This document shows positions 1 through 11,716 of a stretch of 48,888 nucleotides of DNA, piece after piece. A model generated the notes under the pieces. It had not been told where the DNA came from, did not search any database, and saw only the letters and a list, made by a program, of their open reading frames with translations. The first letter of the stretch is position 1. Each line of letters begins with the position of its first letter. Origin of the DNA: Candidatus Alloenteromonas pullicola (GTDB taxonomy: Bacteria > Bacillota_I > Bacilli_A > RFN20 > CAG-826); the NCBI GenBank assembly GCA_018714785.1, contig DVMV01000024.1, positions 1 through 48,888 of the forward strand. The letters run 5' to 3'. Made by a program: the position numbers and the translations under genes.

Positions 1-1
1 C

Positions 2-133
2 TGGGCCTTGTGCCGGCAGAAGGAGACCGGACACGGAAAAGACATAGCCCGGGCGAAACTGAGGCGGTTATATAGAGGATGGGCCGTCATAAAGGCACGG
101 CTTGATTATTACGCCGGCCTCATCGGCTGCTGA
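2..133 (+). CDS. 3' end of an unidentified CDS entering from the left edge
   Basis: Frame 2 is open from base 2 to TGA at 131-133 (WALCRQKETGHGKDIARAKLRRLYRGWAVIKARLDYYAGLIGC*). It would overlap the convergent ppa 3' end by 14 nt. No family recognised. Confidence 0.4.
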   Translation, partial: WALCRQKETGHGKDIARAKLRRLYRGWAVIKARLDYYAGLIGC

Positions 134-656
134 AGGTCAGGTCGTATTGGGCAAGGCCTTCTTCTATCGCCCTCTTAGCCGCATCGGCGTTTTCATATCC
201 TAGCACCTCGGTGTCCTTCCCCTCCTCAAGCTGCTTATAAACCTTGAAGAAGTGGTCGATCTCCTTCGCGACGTGCTCTGGCAGGTCGGATAGGGAATGG
301 AAGGCGTTGTAGAAGGGGTCGTTGAAGGGTATGGCGATTATCTTGTAGTCCTTCCGCCCGCCGTCTTTCATGACCAGCATCCCGATTGGGTAGCACTTAA
401 CGAGCGCCAGCGGGATTATCGGGCCCGAGGAAAGTATCAAAACGTCGAGCGGGTCGCCGTCGTCGGCCCAGGTCTTGGGGATGAAGCCGTAGTTGTGCGG
501 GTAATGGGTCGAGGTGAACAGGAACCGGTCGAGGATCAGGGCCCCCGACTCGTGGTCGATCTCGTATTTGGCCGAGCTTCCGGCGCTTATCTCGACGCAG
601 GCATAGAAGGCCTCCGGGGTCTGCGCGTCGCGCTTCACGGAATGTATTAGGTTCAT
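120..656 (-). CDS. ppa: Soluble inorganic pyrophosphatase (family I)
   Basis: Motifs KYE..LDR..YPHNYGFIP, DDGDPLDVL, D-K-IIA and FFKVYK match family I PPases. Confidence 0.96.
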   Translation of the reverse strand: MNLIHSVKRDAQTPEAFYACVEISAGSSAKYEIDHESGALILDRFLFTSTHYPHNYGFIPKTWADDGDPLDVLILSSGPIIPLALVKCYPIGMLVMKDGGRKDYKIIAIPFNDPFYNAFHSLSDLPEHVAKEIDHFFKVYKQLEEGKDTEVLGYENADAAKRAIEEGLAQYDLTFSSR

Positions 657-662
657 ATCTCA

Positions 663-690
663 ATTAAACCATGCCGCCGAGCATAAGCAA
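663..690 (-). promoter_or_regulatory. Sigma-70-type promoter of ppa, probably leaderless
   Basis: Minus strand TTGCTT-16 nt-TTTAAT with an extended TG, 6 nt before the ATG; no SD sequence. Confidence 0.55.
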
Positions 691-830
691 GCAAGAAGGC
701 GATGGAAGGTTTTGCGATGACGTCGAAGCAAACGCGTACGCTTATACCATTTTTGCAACATTTGTGTAAAATGTAGGCAAAATACGATAGGCGCAATCGG
801 CTTTTTGGGTGCGGAGACGGCAATTGATTG

Positions 831-858
831 TTGACGATTGGCGACCGACCACTAAAAT
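831..858 (+). promoter_or_regulatory. Sigma-70-type promoter of the LacI regulator, probably leaderless
   Basis: TTGACG (831-836)-16 nt-TAAAAT (853-858), 6 nt before ATG 865. Confidence 0.6.
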
Positions 859-864
859 TTCTTC

Positions 865-1800
865 ATGGTTACTTTGCTAGACGTCGCCCGGAAGGCGAAG
901 GTATCGGTCGCCACGGTCTCCCGCGTCATCAACGGCAAGCCTTTCGTCAAGCAAGAGGTCCGCGAGCGGGTGAACAAGGCCTGCGAGGAGCTGGGGTACA
1001 TGAAGGACCTCAACGCCGAGCGGCTTCGGCGCGGCGTTCACTCAGACATCGGCATCATCGCCTCCTACCCGGATTGGCCGGTAGTCGCTTCGGTCTACAG
1101 CGGCCTCTACCGCGCCTCGGCCATCGCCGGGGCGTCCATCGTATTGACCTACTCCTTCTCCGATCCGGCGAAGGAAAGGGAATGCTTCGCCTCGCTTTTG
1201 GCATCTAAGGTAAAGGCGATAATCTTCTCGCCCTCGACCGCGGAAAACGCCGAGGCGGTCGCCCTTTGCCGCCGCAATGGGGTGAAGGCGATCCAGGTAA
1301 TGCGCAAGGCCTACGAGCAAGTCCCGACCGTCTGCCTGGACGTCGACGCCGCGGTCGACATGGCGTGCTCCTTGCTGAAGCAATCTGGGGTTAGGCGCCC
1401 CTTGTTCGTCGACTCATCGCTGCGCTTCCTCTCCTGCAGCCAGGCCAAGCCCCGCTTCTATGAGAACATGGGCGAGGAAAGCGCACTGTGCATCGACGAG
1501 GACAAGGTGAGCAACGAGCCGGAATCGATCGGGAAGGCCATCGAGCTCTACGCCCCAGACGGCATCTTATGCGGCTCCGACGCCTCCTGCGCCGCGGCCT
1601 ACCATTACCTGATGTCGGCCAATAGGAAGATCCCGCTGATCGGGTTCGGCAACGACGAGTGGAAGAAGACGCTGGGGATAACCGCGGTCGACTTCGAGAG
1701 CGAGGAATTCGCCTTGGCGCTTCTTTCGGCGCTGCAGGAGGAGGAGCCGACCGACAAGAAGGTGCCGCCCTTGCTGCACCGCCGGTCATTCGGGTTCTAG
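865..1800 (+). CDS. LacI/GalR-family transcriptional regulator
   Basis: N-terminal HTH TLLDVARKAKVSVATVSRVIN, hinge ELGY..A..L, and a periplasmic-binding-protein-like C-terminal domain. Confidence 0.93.
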   Translation: MVTLLDVARKAKVSVATVSRVINGKPFVKQEVRERVNKACEELGYMKDLNAERLRRGVHSDIGIIASYPDWPVVASVYSGLYRASAIAGASIVLTYSFSDPAKERECFASLLASKVKAIIFSPSTAENAEAVALCRRNGVKAIQVMRKAYEQVPTVCLDVDAAVDMACSLLKQSGVRRPLFVDSSLRFLSCSQAKPRFYENMGEESALCIDEDKVSNEPESIGKAIELYAPDGILCGSDASCAAAYHYLMSANRKIPLIGFGNDEWKKTLGITAVDFESEEFALALLSALQEEEPTDKKVPPLLHRRSFGF

Positions 1801-1821
1801 ATTTGGGGTATAATCAAGGCG

Positions 1822-2592
1822 ATGAGGAAGATCGCCTTTTTTCTTGTATTGCCCCTATTGGCCGGTTGCGGGGCCAAGCCGTCTTTCGATATGTCCAAAG
1901 GCGACGGATACCCCTATTACCTAAGGTCGGTCGTCTCCGGGAATAGATTCGATGAGGCCTTAATCGACTTCTCCTTCGAGGAGATCGACCCATTGCTGGA
2001 AGCGGGCGGGTCGGCCATCGTGCTCTTCCACACCTCCGCGTGCAGCCATTGCCAGGTCTTAGAGCCCAACCTATGCGAGGCGATACAGGAGGCGCGGGCC
2101 GCCGTCTACTCCGCCGGCGACGAGAACATAATCCAGGTATATCAAGAGCTGCGCGACCGCTGCCCAGAGCAGATCGACGAGGCCTTCCCCGATGGACTGG
2201 TGACCCCGACCCTGATCTCGATCGATGCCCCAAACCGCATCTCGAAGATCGAGATAAGCGGCCTCTACCGCAACCCCGGGCGCCTCGCCCAAGCCCTATC
2301 CAGGGCCGGCAACTACACCAACGTCTACCTAGTGGACGGCTATGATGATTACCAAGGCCTTGAGATAGGCGGGCTATCCTACCTCTATGAGGGCGAGGCG
2401 ATGCTGGACGGCTTTTACGAGGCGGTCTTCCCGCTGGCCAAGGCTTCGGATAAAACCACATACCTGGTCGACGTGGCGGGCTGGAGCGAGGAGGAAAGGC
2501 GATCCGCCGGATATAGCGAGGAATCGCCGATAAGGCTGCAGAACTCATCCTATTCGATCGGTTCTTCGGAGATCAGCGAGTATTACCAATAG
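1822..2592 (+). CDS. Lipoprotein with thioredoxin-like CxxC fold
   Basis: Lipobox LLAG-C; motif IVLFHTSA-CSHC; later TPT resembling the cis-Pro loop. Confidence 0.75.
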   Translation: MRKIAFFLVLPLLAGCGAKPSFDMSKGDGYPYYLRSVVSGNRFDEALIDFSFEEIDPLLEAGGSAIVLFHTSACSHCQVLEPNLCEAIQEARAAVYSAGDENIIQVYQELRDRCPEQIDEAFPDGLVTPTLISIDAPNRISKIEISGLYRNPGRLAQALSRAGNYTNVYLVDGYDDYQGLEIGGLSYLYEGEAMLDGFYEAVFPLAKASDKTTYLVDVAGWSEEERRSAGYSEESPIRLQNSSYSIGSSEISEYYQ

Positions 2593-2622
2593 AAAAAGGC
2601 CGGCTTGCCGGCCCTTTGTTTT
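2593..2622. terminator. Bidirectional intrinsic terminator
   Basis: AAAAA-GGCCGG-cttg-CCGGCC-CTTTGTTTT between convergent genes. Confidence 0.75.
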
Positions 2623-2629
2623 GCTTTGC

Positions 2630-3895
2630 CTATTCCGCCGCCTCGGCCTTCGGCTTGGGCTTGGTGGCGAGCTTGGCGAAGATCGACAGCCCAAGCGCTA
2701 TCGCACCTATGACGATGACCACGATGGCGTTGGTGACCACGACCTTCCCGGTTTCGCTGCTCTCCCCGATGTAGAGGCCGAGCACGACGTCCTGGATGAG
2801 CCGCAGCACCCCGAAACCGACCGTGAGCCCGGAGATCGTCAGGCAGATGTTCGGCAGGCGGAGGCGGGCTTTCTCGCTATCCGAGAGGGCGCTGACGGCG
2901 GTGTAGCCGACCAGCCCCATCGCCGACAAGGCGGCGAGCCACATGAAGACGGTCAGCAGCAGCGAGACATAGAAGTAGATATTGAACTCGGCGAACCGCT
3001 CGCTCGACAGGTAGCTGCTCACGGCCAGGTTGTAAAGCACGTCGGTGAACAATCCGCTGATGCCGGTGTTGGCCACGGTGCCGAAGTTCCCGGAGGAGTC
3101 CCCGAAGGAGAACGCGCCGAGCGACATCATGCCGGCGCATAGCAGCAATAGCGAGAGCATCGCCAGCCCGATGACCGTGAACTTGGCCCGAGCGGCGAGC
3201 TCCTGCGCTTTGAAATTGGCTAGCAGGTCCAAGGCGAAGATGATCAATATCAGCACCGCCCCGGTGGCGAGCATGGCGATGGTCGCCCCGTTGAGCGATA
3301 AGGCGATCGTGGCCCGCTCGCTGGTATACCCCTGCCCGCCCATAAGCAGGAAGGCGCAGGCGAACAAAACGAAGGTGACGTAGCTCAGGGTCGCGGGTCC
3401 CAATAGGCGCAGCCTCTTCCCCTTCACGGCCTTGTAGGCGGAATAGGCGAAATAGGCCGCGGCCCCGACGCTGGCGAGCAGCCCCAGCACCATGGTGATG
3501 CTGGCCATGATCGGCCCGGCGAGCCCATAGCCCCGCACCTGTTCGACCTCCAGCACGTCGTAGACGTCCCCGAGGAAGAAGTAGATGTCGAAGCCGGCGC
3601 TTTGTCCCGCGGCGCTCACCTCGCCCCCGACGAGGAAAGCGAAGATGAGGCAGAGCAAGGCCAGCACGCAGCTAAGGCCGAAGCCGACGTAGGACAATGT
3701 CCTCCGGGCCGGCTCGACGAGGTCAGGCCCCGCCGCCTGCTGCAGCTTTGCCCCGCAATAGGAGCAATAGGAGGATCCCTCCTTCATCATATGCCCGCAT
3801 TTGGGACAGTCGACGTTGCCGTCTAGCCGCTTCCCGCAGGCGCAGCAATAGACGGCGTCCTCGGCGTTATCGGCTCCGCAATGGATGCATTTCAT
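2630..3895 (-). CDS. Double zinc-ribbon domain multi-pass membrane protein
   Basis: Four CxxC pairs in the first 50 aa (CIHC, CCAC, CPKC, CSYC), followed by about 8 hydrophobic segments. Confidence 0.8.
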   Translation of the reverse strand: MKCIHCGADNAEDAVYCCACGKRLDGNVDCPKCGHMMKEGSSYCSYCGAKLQQAAGPDLVEPARRTLSYVGFGLSCVLALLCLIFAFLVGGEVSAAGQSAGFDIYFFLGDVYDVLEVEQVRGYGLAGPIMASITMVLGLLASVGAAAYFAYSAYKAVKGKRLRLLGPATLSYVTFVLFACAFLLMGGQGYTSERATIALSLNGATIAMLATGAVLILIIFALDLLANFKAQELAARAKFTVIGLAMLSLLLLCAGMMSLGAFSFGDSSGNFGTVANTGISGLFTDVLYNLAVSSYLSSERFAEFNIYFYVSLLLTVFMWLAALSAMGLVGYTAVSALSDSEKARLRLPNICLTISGLTVGFGVLRLIQDVVLGLYIGESSETGKVVVTNAIVVIVIGAIALGLSIFAKLATKPKPKAEAAE

Positions 3896-3968
3896 GGGTT
3901 TTCCCTCTCTTTCCCTATTAGTAAGCCCTAGTTTCGGCCTTTAGTCAACCAAGCGAGAGAGGGCGAAG

Positions 3969-3990
3969 AAAAAAGGGGCTTATGCCCCTT
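3969..3990 (-). terminator. Intrinsic terminator after the ATP-grasp gene
   Basis: GGGGC-ttat-GCCCC hairpin with a T-run on the minus strand. Confidence 0.7.
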
Positions 3991-5212
3991 ATTGTTTCGC
4001 TCTGGTCCGAACGAAGGCGTCGAATCGCTGGCCTTCCTCGAAGGAATCGAACTTGGCGTAGTAGAAGCTGTCCCCCATCGCCACCGCCATGTGGGCCGGG
4101 TAGCGGCCATGCAGGCAGAGGTTGTCCTTATAGGAATCGAGTATCTCCTGCTCGCTGTGCAGGTAATCGATGCCATCCCGCCTGGCCGAGGCGAAGGCGT
4201 AGTACTTCGGAAGCGTCATGTCCTGCCGGTTCTCGTCGAAGCAGATCACGTCGGCGTAGATGTCGTAGACCGAGACCGAGTTGGCGAAGTCGATGAGGTC
4301 GGGCGTGTAGCCGCCGGCCGGGCGCATGTTGCATTCAAGGGCCACGAACTCGCCTTTCTTGGCTAGCCCGGGCTTGTCCTTGGTGAGCACGAAGAACTCG
4401 ATGTGGAAGAAGCGCTTCTTTATGCCGAACGACTTCACGACCGCGCGCCCCACCTTCCGGAACGCCTCCTTGTCGAGGTCGAAGAAAGGCAGGTCGAAGG
4501 GGGCGTTGTAGTAATAGTAGTCCTCCTTCTGGTTGACCACGTCGGCGATCGGGGTCAGGAAGTGGTGGGTGGTGTCGAAGACGACGTTGGAATGGGAGTC
4601 GCAGATTCCGTCGTAGCTGACGATGAAGCCCTCGATGTACTCCTCCATGATGTAGGTCTCGGGGAGCTTGTGGGAGAAGAACTCGTCGAACTCTCTATCG
4701 TCGTGGAGGGCGTAGGAAGAGGCGGCCCCGACCCCGACGTTGGGCTTAACGAAGAGGGGATATCCGACCTTGGAGCGGAACTCCTCGGCCTTCTGCTTGT
4801 CCTCTGGCCCATCGACCAGGATGTAGCGCATCGTCTTGGCCCCGCCGCGGTTGAAGTACTCCTTCATGGCGCTCTTGGCCTTGATCTTGCTCATCTCCTC
4901 GGGGTGGAAGCCGGTATTCACGCCGAACTTCTCGCGCAGCACGGCGTCGGAGTAGAGCCACCACTCGTTGTCGCTTTCGATGTAGTCGATCTTGCCGTAC
5001 TTGTCCTGATAGTATTCGACGGCCTTGGTCAGCTCGTCCATGTTGGATAGGTCGGCGCAGTAATACTCGGTAAGGGAGTCCTTTAGCCGCTGCTGCAGGT
5101 CCCAATAGGGGGAATCGCCGATCCCCAGGACGTTGACCCCATGCCTTTTCAGGCCCTCTACCCAGAGGTAGTAGTTGGTCGGGAAATTAGGTGATATGAA
5201 TACGAAGTTCAT
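3989..5212 (-). CDS. ATP-grasp domain protein (carbamoyl-phosphate-synthase-like short family)
   Basis: GYPLFVKPNVGVGA, IMEEYIEG, FFHIEFF and LECNMRPAGG are ATP-grasp motifs. Confidence 0.85.
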   Translation of the reverse strand: MNFVFISPNFPTNYYLWVEGLKRHGVNVLGIGDSPYWDLQQRLKDSLTEYYCADLSNMDELTKAVEYYQDKYGKIDYIESDNEWWLYSDAVLREKFGVNTGFHPEEMSKIKAKSAMKEYFNRGGAKTMRYILVDGPEDKQKAEEFRSKVGYPLFVKPNVGVGAASSYALHDDREFDEFFSHKLPETYIMEEYIEGFIVSYDGICDSHSNVVFDTTHHFLTPIADVVNQKEDYYYYNAPFDLPFFDLDKEAFRKVGRAVVKSFGIKKRFFHIEFFVLTKDKPGLAKKGEFVALECNMRPAGGYTPDLIDFANSVSVYDIYADVICFDENRQDMTLPKYYAFASARRDGIDYLHSEQEILDSYKDNLCLHGRYPAHMAVAMGDSFYYAKFDSFEEGQRFDAFVRTRAKQ

Positions 5213-5323
5213 CGGAATTGCCTCAACGTAGAGAATTCTACACTTTTGGGCCGCATAAGTGCACAGATGGTTGCCGTAAGGTTGACGGGCAAAAGAAAAA
5301 GCCCTCTTCTAGAGGTCCCCCTT

Positions 5324-6388
5324 CTATTGCTTGCCCGCGAGCAGCTGCCGGATGGGCAGGTGCTGGGGGCATGCCGATTCGCAGGCCCCGCAGCGGAGGC
5401 ACTCATCGGCTTTGCCGAGCAGGTTTTGGTCGATCTCCCCCACCCCGGCCCGGTGGGCGTTGAGCATCTTGAAGATGTCGGGGATCGGCATCTTGACCGG
5501 GCAGAGGGGCGTGCAATAGGAGCACCCGGTGCAGCCGATCAGCCCCTGTTTGCGGAGCAAGGCGGCGAGCAGCTTGGCCTGTTTGCGGTATTCCTCGGGG
5601 AAGCAGAGGTCGTGGAGGGCGGCGCAGTTGTCCTCCATCTGCTCATAGGATCCCATTCCGGAGAGGACCATCTTCACGCCGGGCAGGCTCGCGGCGTACT
5701 TGATGGCGAAGGAGGCCGGGGAGCCCTTGTAGACGCCCCGTAGGGACGAGAGGGCCGCCGGGGTAAGGTTGGCCAGCCGCCCGCCTTTCACCGGCTCCAT
5801 GACGATGACGTCCTTGCCGAAGGAGCTCGCGACCTCTAGGCAGGCAAGGCTCTGCACCACCTCGTCGTCGGCGTCGAGGTAGTTTATCTGCAGCTGGACC
5901 GCCTCGATTTCGGGGTGCTCTTCAAGGATGTGGCGCAGGAAGTCCGCTGAGTCGTGGAAGGAGATGCCGATGTGGCGGACTAGCCCCATCGATTTGAGCT
6001 CCTTGGCCTTCTGGTAGGCCTGACAACCCATGTAGTGGTCGTAGTTGTTCCGCCCCTGGGCGTGCATGAGGAGATAGTCGAAGTATTCGACGCCGCAGCA
6101 TTGGAGCTCCTTCCTCACCATCGGGATCACGTCCTCGGGGGAGGAGAAGTAGTTGGAGCTGAGCTTGTCGGTGAGCATGTAGGCGTCGCGGGGGTAGCGC
6201 GAGGTGAGGCATTTCCTCACCGCGACCTCGCTTTGCTCGTTGAGGTAGCCATGTGCGGTGTCGAAGTAGTTGTAGCCCTCCTTCAGGAAACGGTCGACCA
6301 TCCGGCTCACCAAATCGAAGTCGATCTGCCCGTCCTTATAAGGCAGCCTCATCATCCCGAACCCGAGCTTTCCCTTTGCGCGTTCCAT
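5324..6388 (-). CDS. Aldo/keto reductase with C-terminal 4Fe-4S dicluster domain
   Basis: LGFGMMRLP, YFDTAHGY, IGISFH and VMEPVKGG; C-terminal CxxCxxCxxxCP twice. Confidence 0.92.
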   Translation of the reverse strand: MERAKGKLGFGMMRLPYKDGQIDFDLVSRMVDRFLKEGYNYFDTAHGYLNEQSEVAVRKCLTSRYPRDAYMLTDKLSSNYFSSPEDVIPMVRKELQCCGVEYFDYLLMHAQGRNNYDHYMGCQAYQKAKELKSMGLVRHIGISFHDSADFLRHILEEHPEIEAVQLQINYLDADDEVVQSLACLEVASSFGKDVIVMEPVKGGRLANLTPAALSSLRGVYKGSPASFAIKYAASLPGVKMVLSGMGSYEQMEDNCAALHDLCFPEEYRKQAKLLAALLRKQGLIGCTGCSYCTPLCPVKMPIPDIFKMLNAHRAGVGEIDQNLLGKADECLRCGACESACPQHLPIRQLLAGKQ

Positions 6389-6404
6389 GTTTTTTCTCCT
6401 TTAT

Positions 6405-6431
6405 TCAACAAAAGCCCGCAGAACGCGGGCT
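6405..6431 (-). terminator. Intrinsic terminator of the atp operon
   Basis: Minus strand AGCCCGC-gttct-GCGGGCT-TTTGTTG just after the atpC stop. Confidence 0.7.
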
Positions 6432-6437
6432 CATCGT

Positions 6438-8275
<1,838 letters not shown>

Positions 8276-9094
8276 CTATCTTGAGCCGGATACGACTTCG
8301 GTTATCTCTTGGGTGATGGCCGCCTGACGGGCCTTGTTGTACTCAATGTTGAGCTTCTCGAGCAGCTCGTCGGCGTTGGTGTTGGCGGCGTCCATGGCGT
8401 TGCGCCGGCTGGATTGCTCGCAAAGCGAGCACTCCTCCTTAAGCTCCAATAGCCTGAGGCTAAGCCAGGTTGCAAGCGCCTCGTCGCGGACCCGCTCCTC
8501 GCTTGGCTCGATTATCGGCTTGACCTCGAAGGGGGCCTCCAGCTTGGGAAGCGGGAGCAGCACCTCCTCGTAAGGGTCGAAGCGGAGCGAGTTGATGTAT
8601 TTGGTGTAGATGACGCGAAGCGATGATATCCTCCCCTCGCGCTTCATCCGCAGCAGGCGCTTGGCGGATTCTAATAGGCCCCGCGGCGAGTCGAACATGG
8701 ATAGCTCGCCCTCCAGCAGGGGGTAGCCTTTGCCTTTCCCATACCGCGCCTTGGCCTTGGCCCCGATGGGTATCAATAGGTCGCCTTCGTGGTATTTGGA
8801 GCTTAGCAGACGGAACATGCCCTGGTTGTAGGCACCGCAGAGCCCGAGGTCGCTCGAGAACACGATGTAGGCCCGCTTGCCCTCGCCCTCCTTTAGGAGC
8901 GACTCATCAAGGCTATATGCCCTCACGGCGTCTAGGAAAGCGCGGCTCTCGGCGGAGGCGAAGCGGGCGAACTCGATCGCCTTCTTCTCCCGGAGCAGCT
9001 TGACCGAGGCGATCATCCCCATCGCGGAGGTGATCTTCTTGGTCGCGGCGATCGAGGCGATCCGCCGCTTTGTCTTGACTAGGTTCCCGGCCAT
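8276..9094 (-). CDS. atpG: F1 ATP synthase gamma subunit
   Basis: KKITSAM, SDLGLCGAYN and YNKARQAAITQEITEVV. ATG at 9094 overlaps the atpA stop (TGATG). Confidence 0.97.
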   Translation of the reverse strand: MAGNLVKTKRRIASIAATKKITSAMGMIASVKLLREKKAIEFARFASAESRAFLDAVRAYSLDESLLKEGEGKRAYIVFSSDLGLCGAYNQGMFRLLSSKYHEGDLLIPIGAKAKARYGKGKGYPLLEGELSMFDSPRGLLESAKRLLRMKREGRISSLRVIYTKYINSLRFDPYEEVLLPLPKLEAPFEVKPIIEPSEERVRDEALATWLSLRLLELKEECSLCEQSSRRNAMDAANTNADELLEKLNIEYNKARQAAITQEITEVVSGSR

Positions 9095-10602
9095 CAATCG
9101 ACCTTCATGGCGAGGAACTCATCGAGGGAGGCGAGTATGGAATCGCTGTCGTCTTTGGACAGGTCCTTGCTCGAGTCGATGCGCTCGATGACCTCTTTCT
9201 TGGAAGAGAGCAATTTGGCGTAGAAGTCGGATAGGAAGGCGCTTAGCTTCTCGACCGGGTAGGAGTCGAGCTTGCCGGATTTGACGGAAAGCAGCTCCAC
9301 AACCTGGCGGGAGAGGCAATACGGGCTGTACTGGGCCTGCTTGAGCGTCTCCATAAGCACGGCGCCGTGGGCGAGGATCTTCTTGGTCGACTCGTCGAGG
9401 TCGGAGCCGAACTGGGAGAAGGAAAGCATCTCGCGGTAGTTGGCGAGCTCGATCTTGAGCGACCCCGCCACCTTCTTCATCGCCTTGAACTGGGCGCTGG
9501 AGCCGACGCGGGACACGGAGAAGCCCGAGTCGATGGCCGGGCGCTGGCCGGCGTTGAAGTAGTCGGTGAGGAGGAATATCTGCCCGTCGGTGATCGAGAT
9601 GATGTTGGTCGGGATGTAGGCGGAGATGTCGCCGGCCTGCGTCTCGACGATCGGGAGGGCGGTTATCGAGCCCCCGCCGTATTCCTCGCTCAATCGGCAC
9701 GCCCTTTCGAGCAATCTCGAATGCAGGTAGAAGATGTCGCCCGGATAGGCCTCGCGGCCCGGGGAGCGCTTTAGAAGCAACGAAAGGGTGCGGTAGGCGA
9801 CTGCGTGCTTGGACAGATCGTCGAAGACGATGAGCACGTCCTGGCCTTGCTCCATCCATTCCTCGGCCATCGCCATGGCGGCGAAGGGGGCGATGTAAAG
9901 CAAAGGCGCCGGCTCGGCGGAGGAGGCGTTGACCACGGTCACGTAGTCCATGCACCCGAGCTGGTGGAGCCGCTCAACCAAAGCGGCCACCGAGGAGTTC
10001 TTCTGCCCGACGGCGCAGTAGACGCACTTCACGCCCTTGCCCTTCTGGTTGATTATGGCGTCTAAGGCGATGGCGGTCTTGCCGGTCTGCCTATCGCCGA
10101 TGATGAGCTCGCGCTGCCCGCGGCCGATCGGGATCATGGCGTCTATTGCCTTGATGCCGGTCTCAAGCGGGGTGTCGACCGATTTCCTGGTCATGACCCC
10201 CGGGGCGATGCGCTCTATGGGCCTGGTTTTCTTGGTCTCGATCGGCCCCTTCTCGTCGATGGGGAGCCCGAGCGCGTTGACCACGCGGCCGAGCAATTCG
10301 TCGCCGACCCCGACCTCGGCGACCTTGCCGGTCCGCCGCACCTCGTCGCCTTCCTTGATCAGGTCGTCCTCGCCGAGCAATACGGCCCCGACGTCGTCCT
10401 CGTTGAGGTTCATCGCGAGGCCATAGACCCCGTGCGGGAAAAGCAGCAGCTCGCCGAGCATGGCTTTCTCTAATCCGTAAACTGTGGCGATGCCGTCGCC
10501 AACCGAGACCACGGTCCCGACGTCGTCTTGGTCCAGTTTGCTTCCATAGCCCTCGATCTGCTTCCGGAGCAGTGCCGAGAGCCCTTCGGTGTCTATCTTC
10601 AT
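9094..10602 (-). CDS. atpA: F1 ATP synthase alpha subunit
   Basis: [17 protein letters not shown] and SITDGQI. Confidence 0.99.
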   Translation of the reverse strand: MKIDTEGLSALLRKQIEGYGSKLDQDDVGTVVSVGDGIATVYGLEKAMLGELLLFPHGVYGLAMNLNEDDVGAVLLGEDDLIKEGDEVRRTGKVAEVGVGDELLGRVVNALGLPIDEKGPIETKKTRPIERIAPGVMTRKSVDTPLETGIKAIDAMIPIGRGQRELIIGDRQTGKTAIALDAIINQKGKGVKCVYCAVGQKNSSVAALVERLHQLGCMDYVTVVNASSAEPAPLLYIAPFAAMAMAEEWMEQGQDVLIVFDDLSKHAVAYRTLSLLLKRSPGREAYPGDIFYLHSRLLERACRLSEEYGGGSITALPIVETQAGDISAYIPTNIISITDGQIFLLTDYFNAGQRPAIDSGFSVSRVGSSAQFKAMKKVAGSLKIELANYREMLSFSQFGSDLDESTKKILAHGAVLMETLKQAQYSPYCLSRQVVELLSVKSGKLDSYPVEKLSAFLSDFYAKLLSSKKEVIERIDSSKDLSKDDSDSILASLDEFLAMKVD

Positions 10603-11135
10603 TTGGCGATGCCTCCTTCAAGTTTTGCCCGCAGCGATTCAAGCTGCCGGGCGAGGGTGTAGTCGAAGGTCTTGCCGTCGATAGCGACCTTTGCCCCGCC
10701 CAATAGCCGCGAGTCGGCGATGTTCTTCAGCTTCGCCTTGCAGCCGATCCGCCGCCCGATGGCCGCCTCGAGCCTAGAAAGCGACTCGGGGTCGAGCGGC
10801 TTGGCCGAATAGGCGATGCCCTCCTTGACCCCCAGCGCCCCCCTTAAGAGGGACAAAAGGGCCTGAAGGAAGCCGGGCAGCTTCCCGCCATAGCCCTTCT
10901 TGGCGAGCAATTTGACGGCGATCTGCAGAGTTTCGGGCAAAAACCCCAGGGCTTCGCCGATGGCCTTATCCTTCTTGGCGAAGGCGATGTTCGGCGAGGC
11001 GAGGAAGACGGCGAACGAATCGTCGCTCCCAAGCGCGGACAGCAGCGCCTCCGACCCTTGCTCGGCCGAGGTCAGGCTATCCTTGGGCAGCGATTCAAAC
11101 GCGGCCTGGGCGAAGGCGAAGCAGACGCTATCCAT
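10599..11135 (-). CDS. atpH: F1 ATP synthase delta subunit
   Basis: Position in operon; FL.SP.I motif and C-terminal D..LLGG..V....DYTL..QL. Confidence 0.92.
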   Translation of the reverse strand: MDSVCFAFAQAAFESLPKDSLTSAEQGSEALLSALGSDDSFAVFLASPNIAFAKKDKAIGEALGFLPETLQIAVKLLAKKGYGGKLPGFLQALLSLLRGALGVKEGIAYSAKPLDPESLSRLEAAIGRRIGCKAKLKNIADSRLLGGAKVAIDGKTFDYTLARQLESLRAKLEGGIAK

Positions 11136-11706
11136 TGTTGTCTCCGAGCTTATCGATCATCTCATCGAGCAGCTTCTGCTGATCGACGTCGGTCACCTCG
11201 CGGCCGAGGATGGCGCTGCTGGCGGCGATGGCGAGGTCGATGGCCTTCTTCCCGACCTCCTTCTCGGCCTGGCGCTTGCTGGCCTCTATCTCGGCGTCGG
11301 CGTCCTTCTTGGCCTTCTCGATGGCCTCCGCGGTGGCCTGCTTGCTGGCTATGGCCTCCCGGTTGGCCTGCTCCCTGGCCTCCGCGACGATGCGGGCGGC
11401 CTCCTTCTTGCCCTGCAGGATGGTCTCCTCCTTGTGGCTTTCGGCTTCCCTGGCCTTGGCCAGCGAGGCCTCCGACTCCCGGAGGTTGCCCTCGATGTAG
11501 TCGCGGCGCCGCTTGATGAGGTTGTGGACCGGCTTGTAGGCGATGAAGAAGACGATGAGCAAAAGCACGACGAAGCCGAGCAGCTGGATCACGAAGTCGA
11601 TCATCCCGTTGGGGAAGATCTTCGCGATGAAGTCGTCTTTGTCGAAGGGGGTTGAGTCGACCCCGGAGTCGCTCAATATGGCGAGGGATGCGAAAAGAAG
11701 TCTCAT
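11128..11706 (-). CDS. atpF: F0 ATP synthase b subunit with N-terminal extension
   Basis: One TM helix followed by YKPV..L..R and a long Ala/Glu/Lys coiled coil; position in operon. Confidence 0.93.
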   Translation of the reverse strand: MRLLFASLAILSDSGVDSTPFDKDDFIAKIFPNGMIDFVIQLLGFVVLLLIVFFIAYKPVHNLIKRRRDYIEGNLRESEASLAKAREAESHKEETILQGKKEAARIVAEAREQANREAIASKQATAEAIEKAKKDADAEIEASKRQAEKEVGKKAIDLAIAASSAILGREVTDVDQQKLLDEMIDKLGDNNG

Positions 11707-11716
11707 CTTCGCTCCT

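Noticed and set aside
1-119. Possible ncRNA 3' end (RNase P-like ACGGCTT)
   Set aside because: No supporting helices or conserved context; an open reading frame through the region is the simpler explanation.
725-830. Candidate operator for the LacI regulator in the ppa-lacI gap (GCGTACGC palindrome; GCAAT..ATTG)
   Set aside because: The matches are too short and imperfect to distinguish from chance.
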